Assembly (NCBI GenBank): GCA_951406725.2
Contig: OX597837.1
Location: 18,352,001 to 18,416,000, forward strand
Direction of reading: 5' to 3'
Length of the DNA stretch: 64,000 nucleotides
Source of the DNA: Octopus vulgaris
Lineage: Eukaryota
Shown here piece by piece: positions 52,825 through 64,000 of the stretch (position 1 is its first letter; each line of letters starts with the position of its first letter). The translations under genes were made by a program, and so were the position numbers. Under the pieces are notes generated by a model that searched no databases, was not told where the DNA came from, and worked only from the letters and a program-made list of their open reading frames with translations.

Positions 52825-53636
52825 AATAAATTGGCAGAAACATTAGTGCATTAAATGAAATTTATTCTGGCCTCTGGCATTCTGAGTTCAATTCCTGTCA
52901 TCCTTTTTGGGTTGATAAATAAAATGTCTGGAGTGGTGGGTGAACAGAATTGTTAAAGTGTGAGATAGGATGCTTTGCAGTATTTTTTCAGCTTTTTATG
53001 TTTTGAGTTCAAATCCTGCCATAGACCACTTGGGTCATTTTAACATCAGCACCTGGCTCTTAGGTACCAGTATGCTGTAAACCTTTCTCCCTCCTTCTCA
53101 CCAATCTCAGAGACCCTGAAAAAGTTCATGGGTGCTGCACTTCCTCATTATTAAGCAATAAGAGAAAAAGATTGTGTGTATACAATTTTAAATTGTTTAC
53201 ATGTGTGTGTGTGTGTGCATGTATGTATATGTGTGTGTTTACACTGAATTTGTATTTATTTAACAAAAGTACATATTACATGATTAACCACTCTGAAATG
53301 CTTGTATCTCGGTCTTGGGAGGTGGTGCTGTGAGCTATTTTGGTATATTTATACCATTTGACTACAATGAGAAGTTTTCTCCATGACAAAATACAGTGAA
53401 TGGCTTTCATATGAGATCAAAACATGTCCCAAACATATTTGAATTGGTTATAACCTTGTAACATGATTATCATATCATCCTGAACAAAGTATGTTGATTT
53501 CTAGAATTGGCACACAACTACACATTTTGGAAGAAACAAGAAGTTGGTTAAATCAATATTTGACTGGTACTCAGAGTACTGACCTTTGAAGAATATAAGG
53601 TGAAGTTGACTACAGCAGGATTTGAACTCAGAACAT

Positions 53637-54022
53637 AAAAATTAAACAAATTATGACACAAGAGACTCTCTAAAAGCCATCAAATGCTTGATGGTTTCAA
53701 TTACATTAAATTTGAACAATTTTTTGAAAAGGTCAGAGATCCACAGAGAACTCCTTAATGGCTAGCTTGTAGGCTGTGGACTACATGTTGCCAACCTCTT
53801 CAGTAGAGTAGATCAATAACTCCTACTACCTGCAAGTTATTGATCATATGCTCTACTGAAGAAGTTGGCAACATGTAGTCCACAGCCTACAAGCTAGCCA
53901 TTAAGGAGTTCTCTGTGGATCTCTGACCTTTTCAAAAAATTATCCAAATTTAATGTAATTGAAACCATCAAGCATTTGATGGCTTTTAGAGAGTCTCTTG
54001 TGTCATAATTTGTTTAATTTTT
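53637..54022. repeat. Near-perfect fold-back palindrome, ~185-bp arms, 13-nt loop
   Basis: Arms 53637-53821 and 53835-54022; I count 3 substitutions plus one small indel/mismatch region next to the loop. Confidence 0.97.
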
Positions 54023-54795
54023 GCAAACATGCATACCACATGTCTATATCAGTGCAATCTTTTCTTTTGCACACTTCATCTGATTCTTTTTATATCCAGT
54101 TTTTCCCTCAGCACAATTAGGCTGTGAATTTTTATGTACACTTATATTACACATCCAATAGAGCATGCTCACTTGATTTCTTTCCAATCTTCTGGGTCCC
54201 ATGTCTCACAACCATGCAGCATTGCAGTTCTAACACAGGCATCATACAATCTGCCTTTCACTTTAAAGGAAAAGACTTCTGCTGTCAGTAGTGGTAGCAG
54301 CTCCCTGAACTTTCTCCAAACTGTTCTTATCTTGATTGCTATACTTTCAGAGCAACCATTTCCGTTGCTAATTACTTTTAAATAACTAAAGCTATCAACT
54401 ACTTCTCGTGAGTCAGCATTGCTAGTGGTATAAATGAAGTGGGTGGAGATATGTTGAAATATTTCTATATGTGAAATGTGATATAATATACATATGGGTC
54501 AGTGGTAAATGTGAAAAAAATACAGCCAAAAGTGGATCTTCACAAAAAGACATTACTGATTGCTGCTCTACTAATTATGCCTCAATTCTGAATATAGCAT
54601 ATTGAAGATTGAATTATCTGTATCTGATTGAAGACAGCAGATTGTAGATTTACTGGACATGTCTATATAACACACATGTGTTCACTAACTCCTACTACCT
54701 TTTACTGTACTACAAAGGCATTTACTGTGCAGTAGAGTGATTATGTGTTCACTAAAGAAAAGCTGAAGTAGACTGAACCTGTGTTGAGTTCTTAC

Positions 54796-54937
54796 CTGAA
54801 GGTAAGCTCCCTCAGCCTTAATTGGTTCCTCCTCGGAGACAAAAATATGTTCTTGTGAAGAGAGTGATGGCACCAAGTGTATGACATGTTCATCACCACT
54901 ATGGAAAACAAAAAATCGGCCCTTTTTCAAACGACCC
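54796..54937 (-). CDS. SUFU: SUFU-like exon
   Basis: GRLKKGRFFVFHSGDEHVIHLVPSLSSQEHIFVSEEEPIKAEGAYLQ; compare human GRLLHGRHFTYKS...FATEEHPYAAHGPWLQ; cacag/GTAAGA boundaries. Confidence 0.9.
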
Positions 54938-55971
54938 CTGTGATAAAGATGAGAAAAAGCAAATATAAAATAGTGAAATTTAGTTAGAACCAAATTATAT
55001 AAAAAAACTTCAGCAAAATAACACAAAGGTATAAGGGTAGCTGTGTGGTTAAGAAGCTCGCTTTGCAACCACTGGTTTTCAGGTTCAATCCTGCTGCATG
55101 GCATCTTGCACAGATGTCTTCTACTGTTGCTCTGGGTTGACCAATGCCTTGTGAGTAAATTTGGTAGATGGAAACTGTGTGGAAACCTGTCATATATTCA
55201 CATGTTGTGTATGTCTTTGAGTTTATGTTGTTCTCCACCTACTGTTTGACAACTGGTGTTGGTTTGTTTATGGCCTTGTAACTTATGTCAGCAAAAGAGA
55301 CTGACAGAATAAGTGCCAGACTTAAAATATAAGTACTAGAGTTAATTTGTTCAAATAATTCTTTCAAGGTGATGCCCCAGCTTAGCCATAATCTGATGAT
55401 TGAAACAAATAAAAGATAAAGATTCTACACTAATTTCAACATAAATACAAACTTGTATATTTCTGTCAGCAGAACGCTACTTCTGTCATGATGGGTATGG
55501 CTGGATGGTTTTAGAAGCTTGCTTCTTTGTTATATGATGCACTTCACATGAATATTTAAAAATTACAGATGCACTTTACATGTATAATTAAGAGCTGTTG
55601 GTGCACTTGACAGTTAATTATTACTAGTGCACTTTACATGAAACTTCCTAAAACTATATTTTAAAGTTCAACATTTAGGAAAATAAGCAGAAAACTATTA
55701 TAGTTTACTTGGTTTGCTGGTGCCATGCAAAAAGCATCCAGTACACACTGTAAAGTGGTTGGCATTTGGAAGGGCATCCAGCTGTAAAAATCATACCCAA
55801 ACTAACCTTATCTGTGCTGGTGCCACATAAAAAGAACTGAGTCCACTCTGCAGAGTGGTTGGTGTTAGGAAGGGCATCCAGCTGTAAAAACCCTACCAAA
55901 ACAGACACATTTCTATCTGGCTGGCTCCTGTCAACTGTTCAACCCCTGAATGCATGGAAGATGGGTGTTAA

Positions 55972-56240
<269 letters not shown>

Positions 56241-56754
56241 CAAGAAGACCCATCCTCCACAGCAGAATGCTGCTCCTCTTTCTGAGGAGGATTGGCCTGC
56301 GAAAGCTCTGTGCTAGCATCACATAAAAAGCTCCTATTCCAGCGCCATGTAATAGGACCTGTGCCAGTGTCATGTAAAAGCACCCAGCAGACTCTGTAAA
56401 GTGACTGGTGTTAGGAAAGTCATCCGGCTGCAGAAGCCAAGCCAAATCAGAGTGGAACCTGGTGCAGCTCTACTGCTTGTTAGCTCTGATCAAACTGTTC
56501 AATCTATGCCAGCATGGAGAACAGATGTTGAATGATGATGATATAAGGCACTCAAGTATTAATATAGATTTTGTAAAGTCTTAAATTATATTTTAAAATG
56601 TTGCAATGCATTTTGGGACCCCTTTTGAAAACTATCTGGATGAGAACTATTTTTTTGGAACATTCTGCCAAAAAAAGAAGTCAAGCCCCAAATACCAAAA
56701 AACACCTGTTCCATCTTGATGATGAAAATTATGGGCGAGAATGATTCAAATGAG

Positions 56755-56845
56755 TGGTGGTAGTAGTTGTGGTGGTGGTGGTGGTTGTGGTGGTGGTAGT
56801 AGTGGTGGTGGTGGCTGTGGTGGTGGTGGCTGTGGTGGTGGTGGG
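56755..56845. repeat. Imperfect (GGT)n repeat
   Basis: Seen directly; lies just inside the intron after the donor at 56877. Confidence 0.9.
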
Positions 56846-56877
56846 TCTCTATCAGAACTCCAATGTTTTATACTTAC

Positions 56878-57135
56878 TTTACAACAATTGGTAGAAGTTC
56901 TGCAGCTTCAACATCAAACATAAGTTGTACTTCCTTAATTACTTGAATTGGTTCACTCGTTTCTTTGTTCTCCTCCTCCTCCCCCTCTTCTTCTTGTTCT
57001 TGTTCTTGTTCTTTTTCTTCATCTTGTTCTTGTTCTTGTTCTTCTTCACCATCTCCTTTCTTGCGTGTCAATTTGGTTTCACATTCTTCCTTCAAATTCT
57101 TTGCAGCTTTATTCTCATCACAAGAATCTTCTTCC
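56878..57135 (-). CDS. SUFU: SUFU-like exon with acidic linker
   Basis: EEDSCDENK...EEEQEQEQDEEKEQEQEQEEEGEEEENKETSEPIQVIKEVQLMFDVEAAELLPIVV; the end matches human QLESVHLKFNQESGALIPLCL; phases 2/2 are consistent with both neighbours. Confidence 0.88.
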
Positions 57136-57799
57136 CTGTTACATTGAATCAAAAATAATTTCTTAGAATATTTCTGTCTTTGATTTCAGTAATCTACCTA
57201 CTTACTACTATCACCAAATATTACCTGTTACTTGCTATTACTTCTCACTCACAACCACTTGAACTAACAAATGAGCCTTGGTGTGGTCACTCAACATACC
57301 AGAAACAGCAGTCAAATTTCCTTCAAATCACACCCCACAATCTTATAAAAGGACATGTTGGAAAATGCATCCCTGGGTTTTCCAACTTATAGGATAAAGG
57401 CTAAGTGGCCACTGCTGGAAGGTCTGCTGAATGAGAGTTGACTGAAGGAGTGGGAGCAGCAGCTGTAGTAGCAGCAGCAGCAGCAGCATCAACAACAACA
57501 CATCTCACCCACCATTCTATGTACTGCAAAGTTTTAATGTGTTGGAGAGACATATATATATACAAAAATACTTAAACAATCACACAGCCATATACATGAC
57601 TATAAACATATAAACACACACTGAGACATACACACACATGTACATGGCTTTCTTTGCCAAAGAATTATTTTTATTCTCTTGCTGCTTCCAGTCATTAGAC
57701 TCTGGCTAAAGTGAGGCATGGGCTGCAAGGATTTTTGCTAGTCATGTCTCAATTCTGTTTTTTTATTTGTTTCATGATTATTTTATCAGTCTTTATTCA

Positions 57800-57803
57800 T
57801 CTG

Positions 57804-57890
<87 letters not shown>

Positions 57891-58030
57891 GTATGTATGT
57901 ATCTAAACACAGACACACATGCGCGTGTGCATGCACATGCACATTTGCACACATATGCGCATGCACACACACACATGCACACACACACACATGCACACAC
58001 ACATACACACACACACACACATGCACATAC
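57800..58030. repeat. (TCTA)n followed by imperfect (CA)n/(CATGCA)n
   Basis: Seen directly. Confidence 0.95.
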
Positions 58031-59082
58031 GTATATATTGGCATGCAAAACTGTTAATCCAGACGTTTTTCTTGAACTGTATTTTTTTTCTCTCTCTGTT
58101 TTCTTACCCCATTCCTTTCTGCTGAAGAGCATAGGCTTAAAATGTCAAAGACTTTTCCATTTTTCTTGATACACCTTGTTTGTTGTTCCTTTACTTGTTT
58201 CTGTCTTTTGTTTTTGTACATTTGAACCACACACACGCACACATATATGTAGGTGTGTATGTTTATTAATTAGAAGCACCAATACTTATCTGTATATAAA
58301 TTATAAGTAATAAGAATTGTACTGTAGTGAGTGCATGAAAGCAGTGTTGCAAATAAACATTTAGATCAATTCAAATATGTTTGGGACATTTGATCTGCAT
58401 AAAGGCTTTATTCACTGATGATTTCCTAACAAGCAAGAAACACATTCAGTATTCCACTGAGGGGTGGTGCCTTGAAATAGCGTTTGGTGTTTTACAACAA
58501 TTATTGCAACAAGTCAGAATGGTTCTTCACAGCAAATTAGAACAGCCTTTGCATAAATCAAATATATACTAAAGCCATCAGCAAAAATACATTTGCTGGC
58601 ATGTGCAAAGCTTCGTTGAGCAGGAATTAATTAACCATTAGCACACTAGGCAGTGATATTTAAAACAAAGTTGTGTACCTTTATTTTTAACACACTTGCA
58701 TTCATACAAACATAGAAAATCATTCATTGAGGAAATTATCTGAGAAAATATAATCCTCAAAGACCATGTGTGCAAAAACACATTGAGTCATCAGACTGTC
58801 AGACATAGGAGTAAGGAAAATATTTTCTTGGAGACAATTACTGAATAAAACATTTTTTGACAAGTTAAATATAAATATACACAGCTTTGTATTAAATTAT
58901 ATGATATTTATATTACATTACATAATATTACACATAGGCACACACGTTTATGTGTACATATGTTTATGTGTTTATATAAACAATAGTTATATATATATAC
59001 ACACATGTTTATGTTTTTATATGTGTTTATGTGTTACTTTATATAAAGAATAGTTACTCTTTCTATTTCTCTCTCTCTCTTT

Positions 59083-59119
<37 letters not shown>

Positions 59120-61075
59120 TAGTGTGGTGGAATTCTTGGACATAAAAAGAATGAGTGATTTTTCAGCTACATATAACTTGCATCTCTTTGGTTGATTTAT
59201 ATATGATATAGATTTCTCTATGTTTCTCTGCTTGTATGTGGTGTACAGTTGCTGTTCAGATCCCACATGTAGCTAGACAACTTAGTTGCTTTATTTTTAT
59301 CAATGACTCAGAAAGAACACTGGTCATTTGCACAATAGTTTTTAAAATTACCTTCACATAAACCAACAAAATTTGAATCTCTTCTGTTTGGCTGCAGCTA
59401 TGAAAAATTTTAAAATTTAGTGTATTGATATAATTTTCCATGCTGAATCTCTGGGGCAAATTAATTTTTTCCAGAAAAATAAAAAAAAAGAGTTACAGAG
59501 GTTTAAATTTTGATAATTTTTACCCAGTCAGAAAACAGGATTTTGAAGATGTCATTTTGTGCGTGACTGCATGTACTGTCAACTGTAAACAAATGAAATA
59601 ATAGCAGAATTCTGCTTTACACATCCCATAAAACTGATAACTTTTTCAGTTTTGGGGATTTTCAGAAAATTTTTGCAAATTTTGTGTTCTGCACACAGGA
59701 ATTCATACAATTATGCAAAAACAGGACCCCCTCCCCAATTTTGGTGCATGATTTAAGGCTTATTTAGCTATTATATTTAGTACGTCTCATGTATTTTAAG
59801 CATTTAATAAGTGATAAATGACCACATGGGCAAGCAGCTCCAAAACAGCTTGTTACTATGGAAACAGGTAGCTATATGTCTGTGGCTTTTGCTTGGCCAA
59901 AATTACCCAAAATTTGCAAACTTTCAAAGCTAATAACTCTTTATTTATTTATTGTTTTATGGTGAAAATGAATTACCTGTTAATGATTACCATACAAAAC
60001 TACACCAACACATCAAGTATGTGATAAACTGGAATGAAAATTGAAGAAATTGAAAAGTGGCAGCAAAACAGAAAGGATCCCACAATTTGTCTTCTTGACT
60101 ACATTATCTTGCAGCAGTTGTAACTTAAGCTACATAAACAACACAACTCTGTGTGTGTGTGTGATATTTAACAAGTATCTTCTAGCATAGCTATGCACCA
60201 AATCCTACTGAATGAAAGTAGCTAAACAGAAACAATGTGGAAAGGATGTTTGTGATTTTGGGTGTTAGCGTTAGCATAGGTTAAGTGGAGGTGAAATGAT
60301 ACTGTCCATCATGAGTGACACTCTTTTTGGCTGTATTGTTGTATTTTGGGTGTGTGTGTATGTGTGTGTAGGGTGGGTGGGAGTGGGATTAAACTCAAGG
60401 CCCATCCCCATGCAGCACGAACTCTTGTTACATCACTCAGTGTAGACCAAATAGACCACCTGATTTAACACCATCACTGGCCCTTGGATACCTTTAGCAG
60501 GTTCTTCTGTCAGTGAATAATATTCTCCCTTCATTATTCCCCCACCAATCACGAAGGCTCTGAAAATAGTTAAGGATATTGCCCTTCCTCTTCTGACTAA
60601 GCCTTAAAAACAAATAAATTGATTAATTAATAAACATGACTTGATTATTGTCAATCCTATGATCAAATAATGAATTTTGACATCAAACTACTTTTGCTCC
60701 CATATCAGTCCTGATCAAATAGACTTGACCTATGATTATAGCCCTATGATCCTTTTCATTTGCATATTTAGGATAACACTTCCTATATGGTTGTTGTGCT
60801 AAATTACTTTTTAAAGATGGTAGTATGTTATTTGAGGAAGATTTGGCTGCTTTTTCTTGCAGGTTGAGTGGCTACAATAGGGACTGCATCTATCAACTAC
60901 AGATGTGAGGTATATTTTCCAAACATGTGGATGCGAAGTCTTATCATACATCATGCGTTCAGCAGGCTTTGTTTGTGATAAAGATCTTCAGAAGTTGGGC
61001 TGAGTGGGTTTACTGAAGTAAAAATAGGATGGGAACTGCAACAATAATTTTAAACACACATACAAACAATGCATA

Positions 61076-61314
<239 letters not shown>

Positions 61315-61355
61315 CATACATGCAAATATCAAAAGAGAATCTGCTTCAAACAAAC

Positions 61356-61511
61356 CTTTTGATGATTTCTGCCCAACAACAGACTGCTGTTACATGTCCT
61401 AAGTTTGATCCATCATTTTTAATTCCTTCTGAGACAAATTTAATTAAATCAGGATTTTCTTCAAATAATGATTTTTCTCGATCCAGATCTGTGATGAAGT
61501 ATGATCCAACT
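61356..61511 (-). CDS. SUFU: SUFU-like exon (most 5' exon found in the window)
   Basis: tttcag|VGSYFITDLDREKSLFEENPDLIKFVSEGIKNDGSNLGHVTAVCCWAEIIK|gtttgt; compare human GPWLITDMRRGETIFEIDPHLQERVDKGIETDGSNLSGVSAKCAW. Confidence 0.92.
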
Positions 61512-62260
61512 CTGAAAAGAAAATGGTTGGGTTACAAGACAATTAATTCCAATGCTTTTTTTTTCCACATTCACTTTTCTTAGTTTGCATGGATCAGATA
61601 GTCTTTATGGGGGCAGATTTTCTATGACCAGACACACCTCCTGTCACCTGTCATTACCTGTTTCCAGTAAGATAATATTTCCCCATGTCTAGATATGTTT
61701 CCATGGAATATTGGAAATGAATGTCTAGATAAGCACACACACACATGTATATATATATATGTATATATATGTATATATAATGGGCTTCATTCATTTCTCT
61801 CTACCAAATCCACTCACAAAGCTTTGATCAGCCTAAGGCTATTATCGAAGACACTTGTCTAAAGTAGGACTGAACCCTGAAACCATGTTATCAAGAAGCA
61901 AACTTCTTACTGCACAGCCAGGCCTGTATCTATGCGTAAGTATTTCAGCCTGTATCTATGTACAAGTGTGTCATTCTACATATGTATTTGCATATGTGTT
62001 TTTCTATTTGTTCTTGTATTGTTGTTTAGCCCCAGGTCATCTCTGACTGAGTAGACCCATGATCAAAAGAATTCCTGCATGATTATCATGTTTCTGTAAT
62101 ATCAAGGATTATATTATTGACTGTGTAATTTTGGGAAGAACTGACTACTATATCTAACAATTTGGGTAGTGCCTTAGGCAGGTGTCATCTACTAAAGCCT
62201 TGAGTAAACTAAAGCCTTGTGAGTGTATTTAGTAGATGGCAACTGGATGAAACCCATTGG

Positions 62261-62293
<33 letters not shown>

Positions 62294-62574
62294 CACATGT
62301 ATATATACGTGCCTGCATGTGTCTGTGCGTGCATGCATATGTGTGTATGTGAGTGTGTAAGTGTGCCCTTGTCATATGGTTGTTGAAAATAAGCATCATT
62401 GTCATACAGCAATGATGTTCATTTCTAGTCTTCAATGAAAAGCATGTTTGGACTTGGGGAAATTTTGCCTTACTTGGAAATAGTTGAGGGTTAGCAACAG
62501 GAAGAGCATCTGGTTGTAGAAAATCTTCCCCAACAAAATACTGTCTGACCCATTATGCAAGCATGGAAAAGTGC

Positions 62575-62960
62575 TGTGCAGGTCACATATTTTACATGTT
62601 AGACTGCTGGCTTTCAAAGAAACTGTTCTATGATGAACTCTAGCATGTTAAACACTCCCAAAGAAATCAGAAAAAGCTCTATGAAAACATACAGAAAGCT
62701 TCACTGAAGGCCTTCAACATAAACTATAAGGAATGAGAGTGGCAGTGTTGGATAGAAGAGAATGGGGAAGAGGAATTTGCAATAGCCACAGGACATGTGA
62801 AACCAACAGAATGACTGCGGCTGAGCAATGCAGGCAGGGCAGAAAAGAAAATGCCATCTAATCTCCCAGTGTTGCCCACAGTTCCTGCCCATGAAGCCAA
62901 AGACATTGTTTCTGCAGACTGGTCTAATGAGTGACGTGTGCAATCATGAGGCTTGATTAA
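62575..62960 (+). mobile_element. Degenerate RTE (BovB-like) 3' fragment
   Basis: GHILH..DCWLSKKLFYDEL...SLKAFNI remnants. Confidence 0.6.
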
Positions 62961-63082
62961 ATAGTCCTTGACAGCTGAACACACATATGTATTCTGTGTG
63001 TGTGTGTGTGTGCCTGAGAAAAAAAACTGGATATTTTCTGAACATAGGAGAGGAGGTAATTACATTATTATTATTATTATTA

Positions 63083-63117
<35 letters not shown>

Positions 63118-63405
63118 TTGGCTTGACTCAGGTTTGGTCTTATTCCTGGTAGGAATTATGTGGGTAGCAGGTTACTACCTGTAATTATAGGTATCTACAA
63201 GTTTTCAGCAGCCTTTCAAGTGCTTAGAATCCTACTGATAATCCTTGCTGTCTTTAAGAGACAAACATTCTCTATGAGCTCTACTGAACATTCTATTCCA
63301 ATTTCCTTCAGCCATTTGTCTATATCTTTGCTTACTGTTCCAAACACACCAATTATTATAGGCATGACCTTTACTGTTCGTATGCTCTAAATTCTTCCTA
63401 TTTCA
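63118..63405 (-). mobile_element. 5'-truncated R4/Dong-clade non-LTR element in a (TAA)n array
   Basis: Minus strand VKVMPIIIGVFGTVSKDIDKWLKEIGIECSVELIENVCLLKTARIISRILST*, the C-terminus after the restriction-like endonuclease; (TTA)n on both sides. Confidence 0.8.
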
Positions 63406-63440
63406 AATTATTATTATTATTATTATTATTATCATTATTA

Positions 63441-63489
<49 letters not shown>

Positions 63490-63551
63490 ACATATAATAA
63501 TAATAAAATATAATAATAATAATAATAATAATAATTAATTATTATTATTAT

Positions 63552-64000
63552 ATGTTTGGTTTTTACTTTGTATTTGTTCAAGTTGACTCCAAGAAACCTC
63601 AAGAGACGAGTAGTTAGAAGATCAAATTAGTATTATGACTAGGGTGCCATATATTTGGTTTTGCACAGAGTATTGTTTTAGAGAATGTCTGACAAAGCAT
63701 CAATAAATTAGAAGTTTGTTTTAAAATTTGATTCTAAGATGATAGTCTGATGTTAAGATGAGAGTAAAAGGTGTTTGCTATTATTTATATTTAAAAGTGT
63801 TGTAACAGTTTATGGATTAAAATATTTTGAGGATTACATAGACAATATTTTACACAGGATATGGGCAGTTTACATGAGCGCTATTTTTGAATTTCTTCCA
63901 TTTTGGGATTTTCCTGTATCTGAGCTAGGTAGCAATCAGCCCCTTTTGATATCATTCTTAGGGCACCTATGACAACAGGTATTGTTTTAGTCTTGAGGTT
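63552..64000 (-). mobile_element. Second R4/Dong-clade element 3' end (different subfamily), runs off the window
   Basis: Minus strand LKTKTIPVVIGALRMISKGADCYLAQIQENPKMEEIQK, then a 3' UTR ending in (TAA)n. Confidence 0.75.

Noticed and set aside
53822-53834. Hairpin loop reads AGGTAGTAGG on minus, matching let-7 positions 3-12
   Set aside because: It lies in the loop rather than an arm and the rest of let-7 does not match; a 10-mer coincidence is plausible.
58290-58870. Possible piggyBac transposase C-terminal remnant
   Set aside because: Faint resemblance only; no termini identified.
59352-59397. Exon-like AG...GTAATT segment on minus inside a SUFU-like intron
   Set aside because: 46 nt would shift the frame and the flanking exons already join in phase; no support as a poison exon.

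Overview
AT-rich, repeat-dense animal genomic DNA. The repeat content (tRNA-headed SINEs and RTE LINEs with (GAT)n tails, plus many microsatellites) resembles an octopus/cephalopod genome; this assignment is an inference. Two convergent protein-coding genes were reconstructed by hand from GT-AG boundaries. NMD3 (60S export adaptor) lies on + with 15 coding exons from 10284 to 41164; they sum to 1509 nt, i.e. 502 aa plus stop. The 3' five coding exons of a divergent SUFU (Suppressor of fused)-like gene lie on - from 61511 to 49072, and its 5' part is outside the window. The rest is transposable elements: a nearly intact mariner, an older mariner, a Merlin, a near full-length RTE LINE, hAT, Penelope and R4/Dong remnants, MITEs, SINEs, and two copies of a non-autonomous Helitron carrying a retroelement ORF1-like fragment. 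The most unusual structures are two separate long fold-back repeats within one SUFU-like intron, the acidic remodelling of the SUFU-like protein, and a fully palindromic Helitron 3' end that shows a compensatory base change between copies. I cannot establish a wholly new biological system from sequence alone.
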